Assembly: GCA_026395175.1 (NCBI GenBank) | Contig: JAPLZF010000015.1 | Span: forward strand, 21,066 to 85,065 | DNA: 64,000 nt | Direction of reading: 5' to 3' | From: Candidatus Staskawiczbacteria bacterium | GTDB lineage: Bacteria; Patescibacteriota; Minisyncoccia; Minisyncoccales; Staskawiczbacteraceae | Shown: positions 1-7,448 of the stretch, piece after piece | Layout of the letters: each line of letters begins with the position of its first letter | How positions within the stretch are numbered: position 1 is the first letter of the stretch | Notes under the pieces: generated by a model | The model's input: only the letters and a program-made list of their open reading frames with translations | What the model was told of the DNA's origin: nothing | Database searches by the model: none | Made by a program: the position numbers and the translations under genes

Positions 1-536
1 TAATTGAATGGCCCGTCAAATTCATTTCTATAATCAGGTGCGCCCCTCTCAATAAACGCAGGATGAGTTATCAAATAAACAAACGTACCGTCTTCCTTAA
101 GCACCCTATGAATTTCTTTAAAAGCTTGCTGCATCTCTCCTTTAGTTGGAGACATCATAAATACCAAATTTGCCATAGCCTTGTCTATCGACCCGTCTGG
201 TAAAAAAGACAACGTATTGTCTGGATTCGCCTGATATTCTACGCGTGAATCCGGGTCGGCCGCTCTAGCTAGATCAATCATCGATGGCGCTTTATCCACG
301 CCAATCACTTTTGCAGCACCCATTTGCTCTATCTTTCTCGCAAACCGACCGTTGCCGCAGCCATAATCTAAAATGGTCCTTCCCTCGACTTCTCCCATGC
401 CTCTTACTATTGCGGGAAAATTAATTGCTTCATTTGTTATATCTGCCGCCTCAAAATAGCTTTCGACGGTCTCGTTCCATTTTGCGCCCCTTCCTTCATC
501 GCCACTCTGTTCCGCTGGTTGTTCAAATTTTTTCAT
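1..536 (-). CDS. Class I SAM-dependent methyltransferase (C-terminal end lies outside window)
   Basis: Own minus-strand translation from the ATG at 534-536: MKKFEQPAEQSGDEGRGAKWNETVESYFEAADITNEAINFPAIVRGMGEVEGRTILDYGCGNGRFARKIEQMGAAKVIGVDKAPSMIDLAR... LDYGCGNG is the GxGxG SAM-binding motif I. The ORF runs off the window edge, so it is missing from the ORF track. Confidence 0.7.
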   Translation of the reverse strand, partial: MKKFEQPAEQSGDEGRGAKWNETVESYFEAADITNEAINFPAIVRGMGEVEGRTILDYGCGNGRFARKIEQMGAAKVIGVDKAPSMIDLARAADPDSRVEYQANPDNTLSFLPDGSIDKAMANLVFMMSPTKGEMQQAFKEIHRVLKEDGTFVYLITHPAFIERGAPDYRNEFDGPFN

Positions 537-553
537 TTTACTTTTTTAAATAT

Positions 554-1093
554 TTAGTCTTGAGAACCAAAAACCATTTGCACCGAAGAGTTAGTCTGCT
601 CCAAAGTATCTACATTAAATAATTGAGTTCCTTCCGTTTTAGTATATAACTCCTGTATAATCGGCGTCAATAATTGGACTTTTTGCGCTAACTTGCCTCC
701 TTCAATTTCTATCAGAAGTTCTCTTGTCGAAGATATATAAGGAGATCCTAACTGCTGGGATATGGCGCCTATAATATTATTTAATTTACTGTAAAGAACA
801 CCTAGCCGCCTGGCTATTTCTTCCTTATCTTCAATTAGGTTTTGATCAAATATTGCAGAATAAATAATTTTGTTTACCTGCGTATAATAATTGACGGATA
901 GTCGGTCTCCTTCATCATTCTCCCAAATAAACTCTTCAGAGTCCTTTTTTGCTTGAGGCATCCTTTTATACCCGTCGGGCGCCATTAAGACATCTAATCC
1001 CGAGGCAACATCAACAGGAAAATGTTCTGTTTTAACATCTTTTCCAAAGCCTATTCTAAATCGATTTTTTAGATTTTCTTTTATATTTGGCAT
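554..1093 (-). CDS. Hypothetical protein
   Basis: 179-aa ORF packed 17 nt upstream of the methyltransferase start. No motif recognised. Confidence 0.4.
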   Translation of the reverse strand: MPNIKENLKNRFRIGFGKDVKTEHFPVDVASGLDVLMAPDGYKRMPQAKKDSEEFIWENDEGDRLSVNYYTQVNKIIYSAIFDQNLIEDKEEIARRLGVLYSKLNNIIGAISQQLGSPYISSTRELLIEIEGGKLAQKVQLLTPIIQELYTKTEGTQLFNVDTLEQTNSSVQMVFGSQD

Positions 1094-1187
1094 ATATTTA
1101 TACTATAATAGAGTTTTGATTAGTATGCAATATGAGGTGGCGGCCTGCCTCTTGCAAACAAGAATCCCCTATGTTAATTTTAGTGTG

Positions 1188-1264
1188 GGGTAGGTAGCTC
1201 AAATTCTAGATACAGAGCGTCGGGCATTTCCCGGAGATTGTGGGTTCCAATCCCACCCTACCCC
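1188..1264 (+). tRNA. tRNA-like element with a non-canonical anticodon arm (possible degenerate tRNA or att-site remnant)
   Basis: Acceptor GGGTAGG/CCTACCC is a perfect 7 bp. T-arm is GTGGG-TTCCAAT-CCCAC. D stem is GCTC/GAGC but its loop is 14 nt. The anticodon-arm region TCGGG-CATTT-CCCGG folds with only a 5-nt loop, with no U33 and no readable anticodon. Confidence 0.4.
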
Positions 1265-1285
1265 ATCCTTTTTTAACAGATAACC

Positions 1286-1316
1286 AAAAGCGGTCTTTTT
1301 TGCAAGGCCGCTTTTT
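1286..1316. terminator. Bidirectional rho-independent terminator candidate
   Basis: Stem GCGGTC...GGCCGC flanked by an A-run upstream and a T-run downstream. It lies between the tRNA-like element (+) and the stop of the aminotransferase gene (-). Confidence 0.5.
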
Positions 1317-1348
1317 ATTAGTTAAATTTTAGTTTGCAAAACATTAAA

Positions 1349-2530
1349 CTATAAACATTTTTCCAATATATCCAATCCTTTTGCCACGGTTTTTCGATCA
1401 ATGTTCAATGCGGGAAATAAAACAAATATTTTATTATTAAGTTGGGAGAACAAAACGCCATTTTTTTGAGCTTTGGCTACAATCTTGTTTGCATACCCCA
1501 ACTGATCAAACTCAACTCCTATTGCCAATCCTTTTGCACGAATTTTAGCAGGAAACTTAAATTTCATTTGCGAAAGACGCTCAACAAAAAATTTACTCAT
1601 TTCGTTTGTATTTTTCTCTAGTTGCTTTTTGTGCTTCATAATATACTTAATATTTACTATCGCAGCTTCGGTGCTCAATGGATACCAACCGTAAGTCGAA
1701 TAAAAACTAAAATCAAACTCCATTGATTTTGCAACTTCTTCTGTTGTAATTGTTGCACCCAACCCGCCATATCCGCCAGTAATACTTTTTGCAAGACACA
1801 TAATATCTGGCTCTATCCCAAAATGTTCAGAGGCAAAAAGTTTTCCGGTCCGACCGAAACCAGTAGCGACTTCATCCATAATTAGTAGCGTGCCGTATTT
1901 CCTACATAAAAATTGGATGCGACTCATAAATTCTTTTGTGGGAATTTCCACGCCTAAACTACAAATTATGGGCTCCATGATGAGTGCGGCGATATCGCTT
2001 TGCTTCAATAACTCTTCGATTTGATCTGCCGCTTTCCCATCAAGCGGTGCTTTAATCTTGTGGCAGTCAGGCAAGAGATTCTTGTACCATCCACGAAAAT
2101 CAGAAGATCCGACACTCATCGCGCCAATTGAGTGCCCGTGATAGCTTCCCTCAATTGAAATAAACTTATACCTTTTCGTGTGCGACATTGCCGCTTGGAG
2201 TGCAATTTCTACCGCCTCAGTTCCGCCGGTAGCACGGAAACTTTTTTGCAATTTTCCCGGTGTAATTTTTGCTAAAAGTTCCGCTAATTCCACCCATGAT
2301 TTATATAGATATTCAGGCCTTACATAGTCAGGACCCTTATATTGACTAATTTTCTTTTTAATTTCTTTATTCCCCCATCCAATATTTCCAACACACCAAC
2401 CCATTAAAAAATCTACGTATTTCTTGCCCTTGGAATCAAATAAAAAATACCCTTCGGATTTTACGATTTCTAAATCCTCCGGCGGCAAATCTCGGGCAAG
2501 GAATTTTAAGTCTGTCTTTTTAGTCTTCAT
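1349..2530 (-). CDS. Class III pyridoxal-phosphate aminotransferase (BioA/ArgD/GSA-type)
   Basis: 393 aa. Contains DEVATGFGRTGKLFA and the PLP-lysine region CLAKSITGG, typical of class III aminotransferases. Substrate cannot be assigned from the sequence alone. Confidence 0.85.
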   Translation of the reverse strand: MKTKKTDLKFLARDLPPEDLEIVKSEGYFLFDSKGKKYVDFLMGWCVGNIGWGNKEIKKKISQYKGPDYVRPEYLYKSWVELAELLAKITPGKLQKSFRATGGTEAVEIALQAAMSHTKRYKFISIEGSYHGHSIGAMSVGSSDFRGWYKNLLPDCHKIKAPLDGKAADQIEELLKQSDIAALIMEPIICSLGVEIPTKEFMSRIQFLCRKYGTLLIMDEVATGFGRTGKLFASEHFGIEPDIMCLAKSITGGYGGLGATITTEEVAKSMEFDFSFYSTYGWYPLSTEAAIVNIKYIMKHKKQLEKNTNEMSKFFVERLSQMKFKFPAKIRAKGLAIGVEFDQLGYANKIVAKAQKNGVLFSQLNNKIFVLFPALNIDRKTVAKGLDILEKCL

Positions 2531-2695
2531 GATCTATTTTTTAATTTATTTTGCACCTTTTTAAACAAAAAAACAAGTTTATGCGGCCCGCACCCTCCAC
2601 CCTCCACATTTCTCTTGTAGACCAGCAAATACCCGTCTTTCCCTCAAACCCTTCACAAAACCCTTAAAAATTGCTCGAAGGCCGCTTGGGGCAGC

Positions 2696-3613
2696 CTACT
2701 TTCCCATTACTCTGCGGTAGATTTTTTGCAATGCCGGAGCGAATAGCTCCGTGTAAATCTTGCTACTGTCCACGCTGTTGTGGCCCATGAATTGTGCGAT
2801 CATTAAATCGTCGACTTCATTTTCCGCCAGCACTCTGCCAAACTTGTGCCTCAACGAGTGCGCGTTGAACGTGCTTTTCAACCCGGCTTGCTTGCTGTAT
2901 TTTCTCAACACCTCGCCTATTGCATCTATACTGCAACGCCTTGCTTCTGTCCCCTCTCCACAGACGCCGCCACGAACCGAGATAAACAATGCCTCTTTAT
3001 CTTCAATAGTTAGGTGCTCCAAAATTTTCTCTCGCTTTTTTAGCCACGTATTTAAATAGACTATTGTTGCTTCTCTAAAAAATATATTTCTAAATGGACT
3101 GGTCTTTGTGTGTTTTTCTGTTTTTATTGTTATGCGTTTGGTTTGGATATCAACATCTTGCACGTTCAGCGATAAAATCTCATTCAATCTCGCGCCGCTA
3201 TCATACAGCAAGCCAAGGATTGCCCGGTTCCTAATATGGTTGTGTCCGAATTTTGGAATGACATTTATAACTTTATAATAATCGCTTTCAGTTGCCACGC
3301 GTGGCATTACCCTTTCCGATTTTATCTTTGGCACAAGGGCCGGGTTTTCAACCTTCAGTCCCTTTAGCTGCCAGAAGTTCAGAAGATGCTTTATGGCCAA
3401 CGCCTGCTTTTCGCGAGTGCTGGCACTGTGGTTGAACACATAGCTTAAGTTCAGATATTCGCTAATATCTCTTTCTGTTACCTTCTCAATGTCTTTATTC
3501 TTCAAAAAGATTGCAAAATTGACCAACTGCCAGTGGTAATGGTACACCGTATTACCTTTTACTTGCGGTGATTTCCACCTTGTGAAGTCATTTATTGCAT
3601 CTTTTAGTTTCAT
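2696..3613 (-). CDS. Tyrosine-type site-specific recombinase/integrase (XerC/D-like)
   Basis: 305 aa. Has the N-terminal SAM-like domain and catalytic-region motifs ARLNEIL, HSLRHKFG and GHNSVDSSKIY (the R..HxxR..Y signature). Confidence 0.85.
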   Translation of the reverse strand: MKLKDAINDFTRWKSPQVKGNTVYHYHWQLVNFAIFLKNKDIEKVTERDISEYLNLSYVFNHSASTREKQALAIKHLLNFWQLKGLKVENPALVPKIKSERVMPRVATESDYYKVINVIPKFGHNHIRNRAILGLLYDSGARLNEILSLNVQDVDIQTKRITIKTEKHTKTSPFRNIFFREATIVYLNTWLKKREKILEHLTIEDKEALFISVRGGVCGEGTEARRCSIDAIGEVLRKYSKQAGLKSTFNAHSLRHKFGRVLAENEVDDLMIAQFMGHNSVDSSKIYTELFAPALQKIYRRVMGK

Positions 3614-3867
3614 AAAATAAAAACCGCCAGCTTTGACAGCGGCGGCGAAATTAATTTACTAATTTGAATCTTTTCCCAATCTTCTAAAAAGAAGCAGAAC
3701 TCCTCTAAGCAGCCACGTTGGCTGCTAATTCCATGCCAGATTTTTATATCTAATAACATAAACCACAAACGCCACTGGTTACAACGAGTGGCGCCATGGC
3801 GATTCCAGCCGGTTGCCCGACCGGGCGTATGCCGTTAGCTAACGGCAAGAGGAATTTACCCCTCTCA
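3614..3867 (-). ncRNA. Candidate structured leader or ncRNA between a promoter and an integrase-proximal terminator
   Basis: GC-rich with no ORF of 60 aa or more. Minus-strand reading shows serial hairpins: AGAGG/CCTCT, GCCGTT-AGCT-AACGGC, CCGGT/ACCGG, CGCCACT/AGTGGCG, AGCAGCCA/TGGCTGCT. It ends with CCGCC..GGCGG plus TTTTTATTTT right before the integrase ATG. Confidence 0.3.
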
Positions 3868-3873
3868 CCGCCT

Positions 3874-3900
3874 ATTATACCACTTTTGTAACCGTGTCAA
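3874..3900 (-). promoter_or_regulatory. Sigma70-like promoter (TTGACA-N15-TGgTATAAT) reading toward the integrase
   Basis: Minus strand reads GTTGACACGGTTACAAAAGTGGTATAATAGG. The -35 is at 3895-3900 and the -10 at 3874-3879, with an extended TG. Confidence 0.45.
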
Positions 3901-4073
3901 CGAAGTTTTGCGCTTCATGGCACGCCCTTGCGGGAAATGGTGAATTATTGATTAATTTTCTCCTATGCCTCATATTGCCAGACCCTGTTGAGGAAGTCAA
4001 GCCCAGTCGCTCCCTGCAATAAAAAACCCGTTGAAGTTATCTCGGGGTTACGCGAGCGATGTAAATCGCTTTG

Positions 4074-4973
4074 TTATTTCTTGCGACGAAAGAACAGCCC
4101 GCCAGCTGTCACGGCGCCAATCATCATGGCCATCGTTGACGGTTCAGGGACGGTGTAAATAAAACCGTGTCCATTTTGAAACCCTGCATCACCATATTGA
4201 CCAACGATATTGTCGCCAGATATGCCATATGCGGCTGTCCACATTGCTCCTGGCGCGTTAAGGGTGGTCCAATCAGTTCCATCATAAAGGCAACCGTGGT
4301 AGCCAGAAAGATCCATGTAGAAACCAACCACGTTCTTACCATCAACGCCGAATAGGAGTGTGCCACCGGAATGTCCCGGCATATCAAGATTTTCCCAAGT
4401 TGTCCCGTCGTAGAGGAAACCGTGATCGCCATTGGGGCCACCCGATTCCCATCCGACCATGTTGTTGCCGGAAATTCCTCGTAGGTATGTGTTAGTCGCC
4501 CCAGGATAATCAAGAGTGGCCCAGCTCGTTCCATCGTAGAAAAAACCGTGACTGTAGTTTCCAGAAACATCGGTATAAGTTCCGACGATGTTGTTACCGG
4601 AAACTCCATTCGGCGATAAGTTATACGCACCGGGCATATTAAGGGTAGTCCAGGTTGTCCCGTTGTAGAGAAAACCGTGCCAGTTACCGGTAGAACTGTC
4701 GTGGTACTGACCAACGATATTGTTGCCGTTTATACCCAGTCCGTCATCACTGATACCATTTGCACCGGGCATATTAAAGGTAGCCCAGGTTGTCCCGTTG
4801 TAGAGAAAACCAAGACCGGCAGGAGAAGACCAACCAACAACATTGCTACCAGAAATGCCCCTCGGGAAAGTGTAACTCTCTCCAGGCATATCGATGGTAG
4901 TCCAAGTTTCCGCCATCGCACTGCTCACGCAAACAGACATCGCCACCAAACAAACCGCAATCAACCGTTTCAT
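4074..4973 (-). CDS. PEP-CTERM-anchored secreted protein with HAF-like extracellular repeats
   Basis: Likely start is MKRLIAVCLVAMSVCVSSAMA (signal peptide), preceded by GAAAGGAG. It has about 8 tandem ~45-aa repeats of the form G(I/V)SGNNIVG..(D)..G..HGFLYDGTTWTTLN.PGA. The C-terminus VPEPSTMAMMIGAVTAGGLFFRRKK has the PEP motif, a TM helix and a basic tail. G+C is visibly higher than in the flanks. Confidence 0.75.
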   Translation of the reverse strand: MKRLIAVCLVAMSVCVSSAMAETWTTIDMPGESYTFPRGISGSNVVGWSSPAGLGFLYNGTTWATFNMPGANGISDDGLGINGNNIVGQYHDSSTGNWHGFLYNGTTWTTLNMPGAYNLSPNGVSGNNIVGTYTDVSGNYSHGFFYDGTSWATLDYPGATNTYLRGISGNNMVGWESGGPNGDHGFLYDGTTWENLDMPGHSGGTLLFGVDGKNVVGFYMDLSGYHGCLYDGTDWTTLNAPGAMWTAAYGISGDNIVGQYGDAGFQNGHGFIYTVPEPSTMAMMIGAVTAGGLFFRRKK

Positions 4974-5097
4974 CGCTATTCTCCTTTCAAAGTTCACTTT
5001 CCACGATTCCCTCGTGAATTGGGTTACCGAAATTGGTAATACTTATCATTACCATAATTGCCTAATTATGTCAACGCAAGCGAAACCGCCTCAAAAA

Positions 5098-6072
5098 TCA
5101 AGCCACCGTAGCCACTTCTTTAAGATTATTATACAACTTTAATCTGGCAGATAAATCGTTCTCTTGCTTGCCTAAATTTTTACAATAATCCTCAGCCAGT
5201 TTTAAAAATCTGTTCAAACCGTATCTTTTTATTATTATAATTTCGAACAAGGTTAGGGTGTAAGAAACAACGAAAGAAAGATTATGACTAAACCCTTTTA
5301 TTTTATCATCTGGAGCATCGGTGATAAAAATTTCAACATCTTTGTAATTAGATTTTATTCTTAGCCTATATAAAAAATCCAAAATTGTTGTATACCCGGG
5401 ATCGTAATCCTTTTTTAATTTTTTCGCCATACCTAATTCTTTTTGCTTTTTATTTGTTTTTTGCGGCTTAAAATCTTCTATCATATTAATATGTTCAGCC
5501 TTTAAACAAGTAGAAATCATATCAACGGATCTAACTCCGCCACGACTTAAACTATTCACGAGTTTAACGTCGATAGGAAAATTGATAGGAGAAAATTCGT
5601 GCCTCAGCGTACCCTTATAGGCAAAAGACCATGGTTCAATCACGCCAATTTTCTCTACCAAAAAAGTGTTTAATTTCTTTATGCAACCGCTATGAGATTC
5701 TTGTGTTGATTTATCAATTAAAAATCCTAATGCTTCTCCGACTGAATACACAGCATAATAAGATTGTATGGGCTTCCAATGATTATTTATTTTTAATAGC
5801 TCTATATTTTCGTTATCGTTCATACTTGATAAAAATTCTGTATTCCACCCAATATATAAAAATCTTTTTATTATGTTTTCATCAATACTGCCTGATAATT
5901 TATTAATAACTAATTTTTCCCATAAAAAATTTACAAACTGATCCTTGCCGCCATATTTTCCTTCAATGAATCTCCTAAAACACTTAAAATAATTTTGGTA
6001 AACATCAAACTTAATTTCTGGTTCAGTCGACGGCACACCAAATTCTTTATAGTTATAAGTTATCGTATTCAT
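5098..6072 (-). CDS. Hypothetical protein (possible YaaC/Abi-like helical protein; unassigned)
   Basis: 324-aa soluble ORF next to the R-M locus. The only weak cue is the LYRLRIKSNYKD segment. No confident motif. Confidence 0.4.
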   Translation of the reverse strand: MNTITYNYKEFGVPSTEPEIKFDVYQNYFKCFRRFIEGKYGGKDQFVNFLWEKLVINKLSGSIDENIIKRFLYIGWNTEFLSSMNDNENIELLKINNHWKPIQSYYAVYSVGEALGFLIDKSTQESHSGCIKKLNTFLVEKIGVIEPWSFAYKGTLRHEFSPINFPIDVKLVNSLSRGGVRSVDMISTCLKAEHINMIEDFKPQKTNKKQKELGMAKKLKKDYDPGYTTILDFLYRLRIKSNYKDVEIFITDAPDDKIKGFSHNLSFVVSYTLTLFEIIIIKRYGLNRFLKLAEDYCKNLGKQENDLSARLKLYNNLKEVATVA

Positions 6073-6086
6073 TATTCTGTTTTATA

Positions 6087-6917
6087 TCACCAGCAGATAT
6101 TAACGTTTGTTTTAATTTGTTTTTGCAGATACGCTTCGGCGTCATATATGCCGCCAACCTGGTCGATCAGTCCATTGTCTTTTGCCATTTGGCCGGGCAT
6201 TGCGGCTCCATTGGCCAATGCAGTAACTTTGGCTGTATCCAAGTGTCTATTTTCAGAAACGTATTTGATAAAATCGTCGTAGCTGATTTTTAAATTTCTC
6301 ATAAACATCTGCTGAGCTTCTGGAGTCAGGGGTGCGTCCGGGTTGCCGGCATCCTTAAACTGCCCTTCGTTTAATTGGTAAAAAGTTAACCCGTCGTTTG
6401 TGTTTTTATCATAATTCCCGACATAAGACATTGTAACTCCTATGTCGCCAACGTCCGACTCGGCCGCGGCGATAATGTGCTTAGCGCCCGTTGAAGCCAA
6501 ATAAGCCGCTGAATCCCCTTCCTGCCTGATCAAAGCCACTGTGGGCTTGCTTGAATGCTTCAGGGCCTCCATTATCTCCCATCCGGCAACCGGCTGACCC
6601 CCGTTTGAATCCACCTCTAATAGTATCGCCTTTATTGAATTATCCTTATTAGCCTTTTCAATCGCTGCAGTTATTTCTTCCGATGATGAAATGTCCTTGC
6701 TTGATTGCCCAGTACTGTCGCTTGCATAATTTCGGTAAGTGTATAAATTTCCCTGGAGCTTGATCCCTTTAACGTTGCAGCTGCCAATGGCCGGTAAAAT
6801 GTGCAATTGGCTATATAAAAAATATAATTGAATTAAAAAAACTGTGGCCAGCAAGCCGAGCCCAATAAAATAAACCTTCTTGTCTGTTAATATCTTTATT
6901 ATTTTTTCTTTATTCAT
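6087..6917 (-). CDS. sppA: Signal peptide peptidase SppA-type serine protease (S49 family, 36K type)
   Basis: N-terminal TM helix followed by a ClpP/crotonase-like core: ILLEVDSNGGQPVAGWEI...VALIRQEGDSAAYLASTGAKHIIAAAESDVGDIGV. Confidence 0.75.
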   Translation of the reverse strand: MNKEKIIKILTDKKVYFIGLGLLATVFLIQLYFLYSQLHILPAIGSCNVKGIKLQGNLYTYRNYASDSTGQSSKDISSSEEITAAIEKANKDNSIKAILLEVDSNGGQPVAGWEIMEALKHSSKPTVALIRQEGDSAAYLASTGAKHIIAAAESDVGDIGVTMSYVGNYDKNTNDGLTFYQLNEGQFKDAGNPDAPLTPEAQQMFMRNLKISYDDFIKYVSENRHLDTAKVTALANGAAMPGQMAKDNGLIDQVGGIYDAEAYLQKQIKTNVNICW

Positions 6918-6959
6918 TTATTAAATTATTTCTTAATTAATTTTTTAATAAAAAATCAG

Positions 6960-7430
6960 TCATACTTCAGGAATAATATCTTTTGGCAAGACAGATTTTT
7001 GTAATTCCTTAAGCCTATCTAACGGAATCATTTTAGCACCAGTCCGGTCGATTTTTAAATTATTTAATGCCTCCCAAACGCGTTGAATGTCTCCATTATA
7101 AATAGATTTGTATTCGCCACTTTCTCGGTCAATTTGAAATACCATTAATAAGCCATCTGCAAAACCATCTTCTGGCGGTTCCTTTAGGTACGTGCCATCT
7201 CCACTGGTTGCTTTTATCTGCACATTTCTGCCGTTATAAGTGCCGTCCCAATCATGACGACCCACATCATGTAATTCGATCTGATAAAAAACTCCTGCTA
7301 TCACTTCTCCAATGTCGCCAACCATTCGACCATCCGGAGTAAATTTACGCATTCCGCCAGAAAGCTTAGACAGGTCTCTACAAGAATGAAATACATTTTT
7401 TACTGCAGATGTAAATTCTGCCTTTTCCAT
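6960..7430 (-). CDS. Small PD-(D/E)xK-like nuclease-fold candidate downstream of res
   Basis: 156 aa, 18 nt downstream of the res stop. The GDIGEVIAG....VQIKAT spacing resembles a D..(E/Q)xK restriction-endonuclease-like core. Tentative. Confidence 0.4.
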   Translation of the reverse strand: MEKAEFTSAVKNVFHSCRDLSKLSGGMRKFTPDGRMVGDIGEVIAGVFYQIELHDVGRHDWDGTYNGRNVQIKATSGDGTYLKEPPEDGFADGLLMVFQIDRESGEYKSIYNGDIQRVWEALNNLKIDRTGAKMIPLDRLKELQKSVLPKDIIPEV

Positions 7431-7448
7431 AATATTATTTTTTATTCA

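Noticed and set aside
3771-3778. GCCACTGG resembling the cobalamin-riboswitch B12 box
   Set aside because: It is on the plus strand, opposite to the promoter and terminator. None of the other cobalamin riboswitch conserved segments are present. It is just one arm of a hairpin.
4124-5142. Multiple overlapping ORFs on both strands across the HAF-repeat gene (4124-4714, 4167-4355, 4677-5039, 4730-4921, 4894-5142)
   Set aside because: They are shadow ORFs, typical of GC-rich repetitive coding DNA. Only the 4074-4973 frame has a signal peptide, an SD, a coherent repeat structure and the PEP-CTERM end.
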